DNA of 64,000 nucleotides from Escherichia coli (GTDB lineage Bacteria > Pseudomonadota > Gammaproteobacteria > Enterobacterales > Enterobacteriaceae): assembly GCF_048403405.1 (NCBI RefSeq), contig NZ_CP183129.1; one strand, given 5' to 3'. Every line of letters begins with the position of its first letter. Positions within the stretch are counted from its first letter, which is position 1. A program made the position numbers and the translations under genes. The notes beneath the pieces are model-generated. The model saw only the letters and a list, made by a program, of their open reading frames with translations. It did not search any database and was not told the DNA's origin. Positions 48,859 to 58,544 of the stretch are shown piece after piece.

Positions 48859-48954
48859 TCCTTTGTCCTCTTTGGGGTAAATGTCCCTTTCAACATCATT
48901 GACTTTCAAATGCGAGTCAAATGCATTTTTTTGCAAAAAGTGTTGGACAAGTGC

Positions 48955-48977
48955 GAATGAGAATGATTATTATTGTC
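48955..48977 (+). promoter_or_regulatory. Fur box overlapping ryhB promoter
   Basis: gaatgagaatgattattattgtc resembles Fur consensus GATAATGATAATCATTATC; sits over the -10 region. Confidence 0.7.
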
Positions 48978-48979
48978 TC

Positions 48980-49071
48980 GCGATCAGGAAGACCCTCGCG
49001 GAGAACCTGAAAGCACGACATTGCTCACATTGCTTCCAGTATTACTTAGCCAGCCGGGTGCTGGCTTTTTT
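48980..49071 (+). ncRNA. ryhB: RyhB small RNA (Fur-repressed, iron-sparing)
   Basis: Sequence gcgatcaggaagaccctcgcggagaacctgaaagcacgacattgctcacattgcttccagtattacttagccagccgggtgctggctttt matches RyhB as I remember it, ending in a terminator hairpin plus T-run; located between yhhY and yhhX. Confidence 0.9.
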
Positions 49072-49190
49072 TTGATCTTTCGTTTTCAATTTATCCACGG
49101 GAAGTGCTTGTGTTCGTTATGCGCACTCCAGTAGGAACCACGTCCGCTTTGCGCTAAGGTGTAAATAATCACCTTAAAAAGGACGAAATC

Positions 49191-50228
49191 ATGGTCATCA
49201 ACTGCGCCTTTATTGGCTTCGGCAAAAGCACCACCCGTTACCATCTGCCGTATGTACTTAACCGCAAGGATAGCTGGCATGTCGCGCATATTTTTCGCCG
49301 CCATGCGAAGCCGGAAGAACAGGCCCCAATTTATTCCCATATCCATTTCACCAGCGATCTCGACGAAGTGCTAAACGATCCTGATGTTAAGCTGGTTGTT
49401 GTCTGCACCCACGCGGACAGCCATTTCGAATACGCGAAGCGCGCGCTGGAAGCCGGGAAAAATGTGCTGGTCGAAAAACCGTTCACCCCGACGCTTGCCC
49501 AGGCGAAGGAGCTGTTTGAGTTGGCGAAAAGCAAAGGGCTGACCGTCACGCCGTATCAGAATCGTCGCTTTGATTCCTGCTTCCTGACAGCGAAAAAAGC
49601 GATTGAAAGCGGCAAGTTGGGAGAGATTGTCGAAGTGGAAAGCCATTTTGACTATTACCGCCCGGTGGCAGAAACCAAACCTGGACTGCCGCAGGATGGC
49701 GCGTTTTATGGCCTTGGTGTGCATACGATGGACCAGATTATTTCTCTGTTCGGTCGCCCGGATCACGTCGCTTATGACATCCGCAGCCTGCGTAATAAAG
49801 CCAATCCTGACGACACCTTTGAAGCGCAGCTGTTTTATGGCGACCTGAAAGCCATCGTCAAAACCAGCCATCTGGTGAAAATCGATTATCCGAAATTTAT
49901 CGTTCACGGTAAGAAAGGTTCGTTTATTAAATACGGTATCGACCAGCAGGAAACCAGCCTCAAGGCTAATATTATGCCGGGCGAACCGGGATTCGCGGCG
50001 GATGATTCGGTCGGTGTGCTGGAGTATGTCAATGACGAGGGCGTGACGGTCAGAGAAGAGATGAAGCCAGAAATGGGCGATTATGGGCGCGTTTATGATG
50101 CGTTGTACCAAACCATCGCCAACGGTGCGCCAAATTACGTCAAGGAATCTGAAGTTCTTACCAATCTGGAAATCCTTGAACGAGGATTTGAGCAAGCCTC
50201 TCCCTCCACAGTGACTCTCGCGAAGTAA
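49191..50228 (+). CDS. yhhX: Gfo/Idh/MocA-family NAD(P)-dependent oxidoreductase YhhX
   Basis: 345-aa ORF with Rossmann-fold N-terminus. Confidence 0.9.
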   Translation: MVINCAFIGFGKSTTRYHLPYVLNRKDSWHVAHIFRRHAKPEEQAPIYSHIHFTSDLDEVLNDPDVKLVVVCTHADSHFEYAKRALEAGKNVLVEKPFTPTLAQAKELFELAKSKGLTVTPYQNRRFDSCFLTAKKAIESGKLGEIVEVESHFDYYRPVAETKPGLPQDGAFYGLGVHTMDQIISLFGRPDHVAYDIRSLRNKANPDDTFEAQLFYGDLKAIVKTSHLVKIDYPKFIVHGKKGSFIKYGIDQQETSLKANIMPGEPGFAADDSVGVLEYVNDEGVTVREEMKPEMGDYGRVYDALYQTIANGAPNYVKESEVLTNLEILERGFEQASPSTVTLAK

Positions 50229-50350
50229 GTTTGATGGCCCCTCGAATAGTTCAATTTTTTTGAACAGAGGGGTCAATTTTCACCCTCTATCATCCCAGGC
50301 GGATCGGGTCCACACTAAGCCCATCGAAATCATTCAGGGGGCGAATAAAA

Positions 50351-51046
50351 ATGATCTACTTACGCAAAGCAAATGAACGTGGTCATGCAAATCATGGCTG
50401 GCTGGACTCCTGGCATACTTTCTCTTTTGCCAACTATTACGATCCGAACTTTATGGGCTTCTCCGCGCTGCGCGTGATTAACGACGACGTGATTGAAGCA
50501 GGGCAGGGCTTCGGCACTCACCCGCATAAAGATATGGAAATTTTGACCTACGTGCTGGAAGGTACTGTTGAGCATCAGGACAGCATGGGCAATAAAGAGC
50601 AGGTTCCGGCGGGTGAGTTCCAGATTATGAGTGCGGGTACGGGTATTCGTCACTCAGAGTACAACCCAAGCAGCACCGAGCGTCTGCATCTGTATCAAAT
50701 CTGGATCATGCCAGAAGAAAACGGCATTACGCCGCGTTATGAACAGCGTCGCTTCGATGCCGTACAGGGCAAACAGCTGGTGCTCTCGCCGGATGCGCGT
50801 GATGGTTCGCTGAAAGTGTATCAGGATATGGAACTGTACCGCTGGGCGCTGGTAAAAGATGAGCAGTCGGTGCATCAGATTGCCGCTGAACGCCGCGTCT
50901 GGATTCAGGTGGTGAAAGGCAATGTCACCATTAACGGCGTGAAAGCCTCGACCAGCGATGGTCTGGCAATCTGGGATGAGCAGGCAATCTCCATTCATGC
51001 GGATAGCGACAGCGAAGTGTTACTGTTCGATCTGCCGCCGGTTTAA
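50351..51046 (+). CDS. yhhW: Pirin-like quercetin 2,3-dioxygenase YhhW
   Basis: 231-aa ORF; cupin His motifs (GFGTHPHKDMEILTYVLEG). Confidence 0.9.
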   Translation: MIYLRKANERGHANHGWLDSWHTFSFANYYDPNFMGFSALRVINDDVIEAGQGFGTHPHKDMEILTYVLEGTVEHQDSMGNKEQVPAGEFQIMSAGTGIRHSEYNPSSTERLHLYQIWIMPEENGITPRYEQRRFDAVQGKQLVLSPDARDGSLKVYQDMELYRWALVKDEQSVHQIAAERRVWIQVVKGNVTINGVKASTSDGLAIWDEQAISIHADSDSEVLLFDLPPV

Positions 51047-51269
51047 AACTCAACGGCATCTTTGAAGCCTGCCTTTTTGCAGGCTTCCTCGCTCGCTCCG
51101 GTCGCGTGCTGATGTACGCTTCCGGGGTTTTGCCGCGTCGTTAGCACAATGCGATGCAATTGATTTAGTGTATATCTAATAATTGTAAACAAGCACTGTT
51201 TTCCCCGGGAAGGTTCTGATGCGTCCGTGTTAAACTAAGAGAATCTATCTCTTTTGTACCTTCAGGACG

Positions 51270-52265
51270 ATGAAAAAGAAAAGACCCGTACTTCAGGATG
51301 TGGCTGACCGTGTAGGCGTGACCAAAATGACGGTCAGCCGTTTTTTACGCAACCCGGAGCAGGTTTCCGTCGCTCTACGCGGCAAGATTGCCGCCGCTCT
51401 TGATGAACTGGGTTATATTCCCAATCGCGCGCCCGATATCCTCTCTAATGCCACCAGCCGGGCGATTGGCGTCCTGTTACCTTCTCTCACCAACCAGGTT
51501 TTCGCGGAAGTATTACGCGGAATCGAAAGCGTCACCGACGCGCACGGTTATCAAACTATGCTGGCGCACTACGGTTATAAACCGGAAATGGAGCAAGAAC
51601 GCCTCGAATCAATGCTCTCATGGAATATCGATGGACTGATCCTCACCGAACGTACCCACACGCCACGCACCTTAAAGATGATTGAAGTGGCGGGGATTCC
51701 GGTGGTGGAGTTGATGGACAGCAAGTCGCCGTGCCTCGATATTGCCGTCGGTTTTGATAACTTTGAAGCGGCACGCCAGATGACCACCGCCATTATTGCT
51801 CGCGGGCATCGCCACATTGCCTATCTCGGCGCACGTCTCGACGAACGTACTATCATCAAACAGAAGGGATACGAACAGGCGATGCTGGATGCAGGCCTGG
51901 TGCCGTATAGCGTGATGGTTGAGCAATCTTCTTCTTACTCTTCCGGTATTGAACTGATTCGCCAGGCGCGGCGGGAATATCCGCAGCTGGATGGCGTGTT
52001 CTGTACCAACGATGACCTGGCGGTCGGCGCGGCGTTTGAATGCCAGCGTCTGGGGTTGAAAGTTCCTGACGATATGGCGATTGCCGGTTTCCACGGTCAT
52101 GACATTGGTCAGGTGATGGAACCACGGTTGGCGAGCGTACTGACGCCGCGTGAGCGGATGGGCAGTATTGGCGCTGAACGCCTGCTGGCGCGTATTCGTG
52201 GCGAATCTGTGACACCGAAAATGTTAGATTTAGGTTTCACCTTGTCACCGGGCGGATCTATTTAA
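51270..52265 (+). CDS. gntR: Gluconate utilisation repressor GntR (LacI family)
   Basis: 331-aa ORF; N-terminal HTH LQDVADRVGVTKMTVSRFL. Confidence 0.95.
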   Translation: MKKKRPVLQDVADRVGVTKMTVSRFLRNPEQVSVALRGKIAAALDELGYIPNRAPDILSNATSRAIGVLLPSLTNQVFAEVLRGIESVTDAHGYQTMLAHYGYKPEMEQERLESMLSWNIDGLILTERTHTPRTLKMIEVAGIPVVELMDSKSPCLDIAVGFDNFEAARQMTTAIIARGHRHIAYLGARLDERTIIKQKGYEQAMLDAGLVPYSVMVEQSSSYSSGIELIRQARREYPQLDGVFCTNDDLAVGAAFECQRLGLKVPDDMAIAGFHGHDIGQVMEPRLASVLTPRERMGSIGAERLLARIRGESVTPKMLDLGFTLSPGGSI

Positions 52266-52344
52266 GCCCACAAATTTGAAGTAGCTCACACTTATACACT
52301 TAAGGCACGGATGGATATTGCTTCTGATATTGTCCGGCCGGACA

Positions 52345-52373
52345 ATGTTACCGATAACAGTTACCCGTAACAT
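52345..52373 (+). promoter_or_regulatory. GntR operator sites in gntK promoter
   Basis: atgttaccgataacagttacccgtaacat, two overlapping palindromic half-site pairs resembling the GntR operator. Confidence 0.55.
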
Positions 52374-52403
52374 TTTTAATTCTTGTATTGTGGGGGCACC
52401 ACT

Positions 52404-52931
52404 TTGAGCACGACTAACCATGATCACCACATTTACGTCTTGATGGGCGTATCGGGCAGCGGCAAATCTGCGGTCGCCAGTGAAGTGGCGCATCAACTTC
52501 ATGCCGCGTTTCTTGATGGCGATTTCCTCCATCCGCGCTGCAATATCGAAAAAATGGCGTCTGGCGAACCGCTGAATGACGACGATCGCAAACCGTGGTT
52601 GCAGGCGCTGAACGACGCCGCGTTTGCTATGCAGCGCACTAATAAAGTGTCGCTGATTGTCTGTTCCGCACTGAAAAAACACTATCGCGACCTGCTACGC
52701 GCGGGTAATCCGAATCTCTCTTTCATCTACCTGAAAGGCGATTTTGATGTGATTGAAAGCCGCCTGAAAGCGCGCAAAGGCCATTTCTTTAAAACCCAAA
52801 TGTTGGTGACGCAGTTTGAAACGCTGCAGGAGCCGGGTGCGGACGAAACTGATGTACTGGTGGTAGATATCGATCAACCGCTGGAAGGTGTTGTGGCAAG
52901 CACCATTGAGGTTATTAAAAAAGGCAAATAA
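52404..52931 (+). CDS. gntK: Gluconokinase GntK
   Basis: Walker A GVSGSGKS; product starting STTNHDHHIYVLMG implies a TTG start at 52404; 175 aa. Confidence 0.8.
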   Translation: MSTTNHDHHIYVLMGVSGSGKSAVASEVAHQLHAAFLDGDFLHPRCNIEKMASGEPLNDDDRKPWLQALNDAAFAMQRTNKVSLIVCSALKKHYRDLLRAGNPNLSFIYLKGDFDVIESRLKARKGHFFKTQMLVTQFETLQEPGADETDVLVVDIDQPLEGVVASTIEVIKKGK

Positions 52932-52934
52932 GTA

Positions 52935-54275
52935 GTGACTACATTAACGCTTGTTTTAACAGCAGTAGGGTCTGTTTTACTGCTGCTGTTTTTAGTCATG
53001 AAGGCGCGTATGCACGCTTTCCTGGCTTTGATGGTGGTGTCCATGGGGGCTGGCCTTTTTTCCGGTATGCCGCTCGATAAAATCGCAGCGACGATGGAAA
53101 AAGGGATGGGAGGCACCCTCGGCTTCCTGGCGGTGGTTGTCGCCCTGGGAGCTATGTTTGGCAAGATCTTACATGAAACTGGCGCAGTCGATCAGATTGC
53201 CGTCAAAATGCTCAAATCCTTCGGTCACAGCCGCGCGCATTATGCCATCGGCCTTGCGGGGCTGGTCTGTGCGCTACCGCTGTTCTTTGAAGTGGCGATT
53301 GTTCTGCTGATTAGCGTTGCTTTCTCAATGGCGCGCCACACCGGTACGAACCTGGTGAAGCTGGTAATCCCATTATTCGCAGGCGTGGCGGCCGCGGCGG
53401 CATTCCTGGTACCGGGGCCAGCGCCAATGCTGCTGGCATCGCAGATGAATGCCGACTTTGGCTGGATGATCCTGATTGGCCTGTGTGCGGCAATTCCGGG
53501 AATGATTATTGCCGGGCCGCTGTGGGGTAATTTCATCAGCCGCTACGTGGAGTTGCATATTCCTGACGACATCAGCGAACCACATCTCGGTGAAGGCAAA
53601 ATGCCGTCCTTCGGATTCAGCCTGTCGCTGATCCTGTTGCCACTGGTGCTGGTGGGGCTGAAAACCATTGCCGCGCGTTTTGTGCCAGAAGGCTCTACCG
53701 CTTACGAATGGTTCGAGTTTATTGGTCATCCGTTTACCGCGATTCTGGTTGCTTGTCTGGTGGCGATTTACGGCCTGGCGATGCGTCAGGGTATGCCGAA
53801 AGATAAAGTGATGGAAATTTGCGGTCACGCGCTGCAACCGGCGGGGATCATTCTGCTGGTGATTGGTGCAGGCGGCGTGTTCAAACAGGTGCTGGTTGAC
53901 TCTGGCGTAGGTCCGGCACTGGGCGAAGCGTTAACCGGCATGGGCCTGCCGATTGCCATCACCTGCTTCGTGCTGGCCGCTGCAGTGCGCATCATTCAGG
54001 GGTCTGCAACCGTTGCCTGTTTAACGGCGGTGGGACTGGTGATGCCGGTTATTGAACAACTGAACTACTCCGGTGCGCAAATGGCGGCGCTGTCGATTTG
54101 TATCGCCGGTGGTTCGATTGTTGTCAGCCACGTTAACGACGCCGGTTTCTGGTTGTTCGGTAAATTTACCGGCGCGACTGAAGCCGAAACGCTGAAAACC
54201 TGGACCATGATGGAAACCATCCTCGGCACTGTCGGTGCCATCGTTGGGATGATTGCGTTCCAGCTGTTGAGTTAA
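52935..54275 (+). CDS. gntU: Low-affinity gluconate transporter GntU (GntP family)
   Basis: 446-aa multi-TM ORF; operon order gntRKU. Confidence 0.9.
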   Translation: MTTLTLVLTAVGSVLLLLFLVMKARMHAFLALMVVSMGAGLFSGMPLDKIAATMEKGMGGTLGFLAVVVALGAMFGKILHETGAVDQIAVKMLKSFGHSRAHYAIGLAGLVCALPLFFEVAIVLLISVAFSMARHTGTNLVKLVIPLFAGVAAAAAFLVPGPAPMLLASQMNADFGWMILIGLCAAIPGMIIAGPLWGNFISRYVELHIPDDISEPHLGEGKMPSFGFSLSLILLPLVLVGLKTIAARFVPEGSTAYEWFEFIGHPFTAILVACLVAIYGLAMRQGMPKDKVMEICGHALQPAGIILLVIGAGGVFKQVLVDSGVGPALGEALTGMGLPIAITCFVLAAAVRIIQGSATVACLTAVGLVMPVIEQLNYSGAQMAALSICIAGGSIVVSHVNDAGFWLFGKFTGATEAETLKTWTMMETILGTVGAIVGMIAFQLLS

Positions 54276-54287
54276 TTACTGCGACAA

Positions 54288-54327
54288 ATTACTGCGAGCT
54301 TGCTCGCAGTAATTCATTTCTCTTTTC
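54288..54327 (+). terminator. Rho-independent-like terminator after gntU
   Basis: Stem actgcgag / ctcgcagt followed by T-rich tract. Confidence 0.5.
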
Positions 54328-54412
54328 ACCTGTCTTCATCTTTTTGATCTTTCTCGCAAAAAGACCGGAACATTATCCGTTCTAATCACTGCGTTAACGG
54401 ACGAGGGAGAAG

Positions 54413-56512
54413 ATGATGGAGAAACACGGAGCTGAATTGCTTTTACAGCGGATGTTAGGAAATACCACCGCTACTTTCAGGGAAGGGCAATGGGAAGCCA
54501 TAGATGCAGTGGTTAATCAGCGGCGAAAACTGCTGGTTGTACAGCGCACCGGCTGGGGGAAAAGTGCCGTGTACTTCATCGCCAGTAAAATCTTCCGAGA
54601 TCGCGGCGCTGGCCCGACAATTATCATCTCTCCTTTGCTTGCCCTGATGCGTAACCAGGTTGCCGCCGCTGAACGGTTAGGTATTACGGCTGAAACGTTG
54701 AATTCTACAAACAGGGAAGAATGGCAGCGCATTAGCGATAAGTTGCTGCAAGGTGAGGTCGATTGCTTGCTGGTTTCCCCGGAACGTTTGGCAAACCAGG
54801 ACTTTATCGAAACGGTTTTGTATCCTATAGCCGATCGTATTGGCTTGCTTGTTGTCGACGAGGCGCACTGCATCTCTGATTGGGGCCACGATTTTCGCCC
54901 GGATTACCGACGTATATTAGATATTTTGCGCCAACTGCCTGCGAATACCCCTGTTCTGGGTACAACCGCGACAGCGAATAACCGTGTTGTTGAGGATATC
55001 CGTCAGCAATTGGGTGACATTGTGATTCAGCGTGGAACGCTGGCTCGCGAAAGTTTGGCGCTTGATGCCTTAGTCTTAGGAGAACAGTCATCCCGTCTGG
55101 CATGGTTAGCAACGGTTATCCCTCAGTTTTCCAAATCGGGAATTGTTTATACCCTGACGACTCGCGATGCTGAACTTGTCGCCGAGTGGTTAAGGAAAAA
55201 TGGTATCAGTGCATTTGCTTACTACAGCGGCGTGACTTGTGAAGGCGCGGAAGATTCTAATACTGCCAGGGAATATCTGGAGCAGGCACTGCTGGCAAAT
55301 AAAATCAAAGTGCTGGTCGCGACGACGGCATTAGGTATGGGGTTTGATAAACCTGATTTAGGTTTCGTCATTCATTATCAGATGCCGGGGTCTATTGTCG
55401 GTTACTACCAACAGGTGGGGCGTGCCGGGCGTGCTATAGATTCCGCAGTTGGCATATTGCTTTGTGGTGGTGAAGACCGCGCTATTCATCAATTCTTCCG
55501 TGAAAGCGCCTTTCCTGCGGAGGCGCAAATTCATGAAATACTCAACGTACTTAGCGAGAATGACGGTCTTACCCTACGAGGCATTGAACAACGGACGAAT
55601 CTTCGTTATGGGCAAATAGAAAAAGCACTGAAATTATTGGTAGCGGAAAATCCATCGCCTGTGGTGTATACCGAGAAATTATGGCGCAGAACTATCGTCA
55701 GTTTTTCTCCTGATCATGAACGAATTAACCATTTGATGAATCAGAGAAAAAGTGAGCTGGCAGACGTTGAAAGCTATATCACGACCAAGGAGTGCAAAAT
55801 GCAATTTCTGCGCCGTGCACTCGATGAGCCAAGTGCCGAACGTTGTGGTAAATGTAGTAGTTGTCTTCAGCATCCGTTATTGTCGCCCGACATTGATAGC
55901 GGCTTACTCCATGCGGCAAATTTATTTATTAAACACGCTGACCTGCCGTTAAATCTCAATAAACAGGTGGCAGCTGGGGCTTTTACGCAATACGGATTTA
56001 AAGGGAACTTGCCTGCGGGTTTACAAGGATCTACGGGGCGAATCCTTTCTCGTTGGGGAGATTCCGGGTGGGGAAAGCAGGTAGCACAGGAGAAAAAAAC
56101 GGGGCGCTTCAGTGATGAGCTGGTAGAAGCATGTGCGGAAATGGTTCGCCAACGCTGGAATCCGCATCCTGAACCAACCTGGGTATGCTGCGTTCCTTCA
56201 TTAAGACACCTCGACCTGGTTCCTGATTTTGCCCGGCGACTGGCGGCGAAACTTGGCTTACCTTTTATTGATGCCATTGAAAAAGTCGTGGACAATCCAC
56301 CGCAGAAAATGCAGCAAAACCGTTTTCACCAGTGTCAAAATCTCGACGGGGCGTTTGTGATTACCCCTCCTTTGATGCCAGGTCCGGCGTTGCTGGTTGA
56401 CGATATCGTGGATTCTGCATGGACGCTGACAGTTCTGACAGCACTGTTACGCCAGGCAGGTTGCCCGACGGTTTATCCTCTTGCCCTTGCTTCTACCTCG
56501 GTAAAAAATTGA
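54413..56512 (+). CDS. RecQ-family DEAH helicase fused to C-terminal phosphoribosyltransferase (PRTase/ComF-like) domain
   Basis: 699-aa ORF; Walker A QRTGWGKSAV; DEAH box VVDEAHCISDWGHDFRPDY typical of RecQ; C-terminal ~200 aa ends with PRPP-motif-like LLVDDIVDSAWTL; SD-like gagggaga upstream; start could be 54413 or 54416. Confidence 0.75.
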   Translation: MMEKHGAELLLQRMLGNTTATFREGQWEAIDAVVNQRRKLLVVQRTGWGKSAVYFIASKIFRDRGAGPTIIISPLLALMRNQVAAAERLGITAETLNSTNREEWQRISDKLLQGEVDCLLVSPERLANQDFIETVLYPIADRIGLLVVDEAHCISDWGHDFRPDYRRILDILRQLPANTPVLGTTATANNRVVEDIRQQLGDIVIQRGTLARESLALDALVLGEQSSRLAWLATVIPQFSKSGIVYTLTTRDAELVAEWLRKNGISAFAYYSGVTCEGAEDSNTAREYLEQALLANKIKVLVATTALGMGFDKPDLGFVIHYQMPGSIVGYYQQVGRAGRAIDSAVGILLCGGEDRAIHQFFRESAFPAEAQIHEILNVLSENDGLTLRGIEQRTNLRYGQIEKALKLLVAENPSPVVYTEKLWRRTIVSFSPDHERINHLMNQRKSELADVESYITTKECKMQFLRRALDEPSAERCGKCSSCLQHPLLSPDIDSGLLHAANLFIKHADLPLNLNKQVAAGAFTQYGFKGNLPAGLQGSTGRILSRWGDSGWGKQVAQEKKTGRFSDELVEACAEMVRQRWNPHPEPTWVCCVPSLRHLDLVPDFARRLAAKLGLPFIDAIEKVVDNPPQKMQQNRFHQCQNLDGAFVITPPLMPGPALLVDDIVDSAWTLTVLTALLRQAGCPTVYPLALASTSVKN

Positions 56513-57714
56513 TGAATCTTTCAGCCAATGCACAAGCAACCCTCCTGCTAACCAGCGATTTTTCTCGCGCGGCGGCGAGTGAGTATAAACCTCTTAGTAA
56601 TAGTGAATGGGGGAAGTTTGCATTATGGCTGAAGCACCAACGTATCAGTCCCGCCGATCTTCTGGTGCCGCAACCGCAAGAGAAACTTACAGGCTGGAGC
56701 GATCCGCGTATTTCTCAGGAGCGTATTCTTGGCTTGCTGGCGCGTGGTCATAGTCTGGCGTTGGCGGTAGATAAGTGGCAACGCGCCGGATTATGGATCT
56801 TAACCCGCGGAGATGCCGATTATCCCGTTCGCTTGAAAAACCGATTGCGAACGGATGCTCCTCCCGTTTTATTTGGCTGCGGGAATAAAGCATTATTGCA
56901 AGCGGAAGGTATGGCGATTGTTGGCTCGCGAGATGCTCCGACTGCCGATTTGCGCTATACCCAACAACTGGCAGCGAAACTGGCCCAACAGGGGATTTGC
57001 GTTATCTCTGGTGGTGCGCGAGGTATTGATGAATGTGCAATGGCGTCGGCACTGGAGGCCGGGGGAACTGCCGTTGGCGTATTAGCTGATAGTTTGTTAA
57101 AAACAAGCACGTTAGTGAAATGGCGTAAAGGGCTTATAGCAGGCAACCTGGTGTTGATTTCACCGTTTTACCCAGAGGTACGTTTCACTGTCGGCAATGC
57201 GATGGCGCGGAATAAATATATTTATTGCCTTGCTGAAAGCGCAATGGTTGTACGTGCGGGAATGACCGGTGGAACGATAACCGGAGCGATGGAGGCGTTA
57301 AAACATCAGTGGCTGCCTGTTCTGGTTAAACCAAATCAGGATGTGCAATCAGCCAATTCACGTTTAGTAGAAAATGGGGCGTCATGGAGTGCTGAACAGG
57401 CTGAGAATGTGACGATCAGACTGCCAGATGTTCCTGGGCTGATGTATGACAGAGCACTCCGTAACGCTCAACCAGAATTGTTTTCGCTGCACGAAGATGA
57501 CGCAAATTACGCAGTAATGCCCGCGCATACCCCTGTCGATTTTTATCAACTCTTTGTGGCGGAACTGGCGATCCTTGCAAAGGAATCGATAAGTATTGAA
57601 AGGCTGGCGTCTTGTACTGGTTTAACCATCGAACAAATTAGTGTGTGGCTGAACCGCGCAGAAGAAGAGGGAAGGGTTATCCGATTGGGCGAAGGTCATT
57701 ATCAGTTCAGGTAA
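56512..57714 (+). CDS. DprA/Smf-like (SLOG Rossmann) protein with C-terminal winged-helix-like region
   Basis: Start ATG overlaps upstream stop (TGATG at 56510-56514); core IVGSRDAPTADLRYTQQLAAKLAQQGICVISGGARGIDECAMASALEAGGTAVGVLADSL resembles DprA Rossmann domain; 400 aa from this start. Confidence 0.7.
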   Translation: MNLSANAQATLLLTSDFSRAAASEYKPLSNSEWGKFALWLKHQRISPADLLVPQPQEKLTGWSDPRISQERILGLLARGHSLALAVDKWQRAGLWILTRGDADYPVRLKNRLRTDAPPVLFGCGNKALLQAEGMAIVGSRDAPTADLRYTQQLAAKLAQQGICVISGGARGIDECAMASALEAGGTAVGVLADSLLKTSTLVKWRKGLIAGNLVLISPFYPEVRFTVGNAMARNKYIYCLAESAMVVRAGMTGGTITGAMEALKHQWLPVLVKPNQDVQSANSRLVENGASWSAEQAENVTIRLPDVPGLMYDRALRNAQPELFSLHEDDANYAVMPAHTPVDFYQLFVAELAILAKESISIERLASCTGLTIEQISVWLNRAEEEGRVIRLGEGHYQFR

Positions 57715-57759
57715 TAAAACAGGTGCCGCGTCTGGTTGTGTGCAGCACCTGTTTGAACC

Positions 57760-58353
57760 TTACCCCTTCATCCACATTCGAATCCCGTCGAGGAACATCT
57801 GGGTTGCCATCATCACCAGAATCAATCCCATCAGGCGTTCAAGTGCATTCACCCCTTTCTCGCCCAGCAGACGTAAAAATAGCGAAGACTGTAGCAGGAT
57901 GACAAAGGTGCCGCCCCAGGCCAGTAGCAGAGCAATTACCAGATGTCCCATCTGATTCGGGTACTGATGAGACAACAACATCAGCGTGGCGAGAATAGTC
58001 GGCCCGGCGACTAACGGAATTGCCAACGGCACGATAAACGGCTCTTCACCTGCCGGAAGCCCGCTGCTATTTCCTGAAGCACTGGGGAAAATCATCTTAA
58101 TGGCGATCAGAAACAGAATGATGCCGCCAGAAATGGAGACGGTTTCTGCCCGCAGGCTAAGAAATGCCAGAATTTTCTCACCCGCAAACAGGAACACCAG
58201 CATCACCAGGAGAGCAATAAGCAACTCTCGCACCATGATTGCCCGCCGTCTTTTCGGTTCAGTATGTTTCAGTACGGACATGAAAATAGGTAGGTTTCCG
58301 AGCGGATCCATAATCAGGATCAATAAAACTGCTGCAGAAATGATTTCATTCAT
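57760..58353 (-). CDS. yhgN: MarC-family inner membrane protein YhgN
   Basis: 197-aa multi-TM ORF; synteny next to asd. Confidence 0.85.
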   Translation of the reverse strand: MNEIISAAVLLILIMDPLGNLPIFMSVLKHTEPKRRRAIMVRELLIALLVMLVFLFAGEKILAFLSLRAETVSISGGIILFLIAIKMIFPSASGNSSGLPAGEEPFIVPLAIPLVAGPTILATLMLLSHQYPNQMGHLVIALLLAWGGTFVILLQSSLFLRLLGEKGVNALERLMGLILVMMATQMFLDGIRMWMKG

Positions 58354-58544
58354 AACTCAAATTCCCTGATAATTGCCGCGGACTTTCTGCGTGCTAACAA
58401 AGCAGGATAAGTCGCATTACTGATGGCTTCGCTATCATTGATTAATTTCACTTGCGACTTTGGCTGCTTTTTGTATGGTGAAAGATGTGCCAAGAGGAGA
58501 CCGGCACATTTATACAGCACACATCTTTGCAGGAAAAAACGCTT

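Noticed and set aside
48370-48936. 188-aa extended form of yhhY, and similar N-terminal extensions in the ORF track for yhhT, yhhS, dcrB, yhhL, ftsX, livJ, livK, ugpC, ggt and asd
   Set aside because: The conserved protein N-termini begin at internal Met (or TTG) codons with better-placed ribosome-binding sites. The longer ORFs are upstream read-through artefacts, so shorter coordinates were used.
54413-56512. Reading the helicase gene as the housekeeping recQ
   Set aside because: From memory, chromosomal recQ lies elsewhere, is about 609 aa and ends in RQC/HRDC domains. This protein is 699 aa with a PRTase-like C-terminus and is coupled to a DprA-like gene, so I treat it as a distinct accessory paralogue; confirmation needs a domain search.
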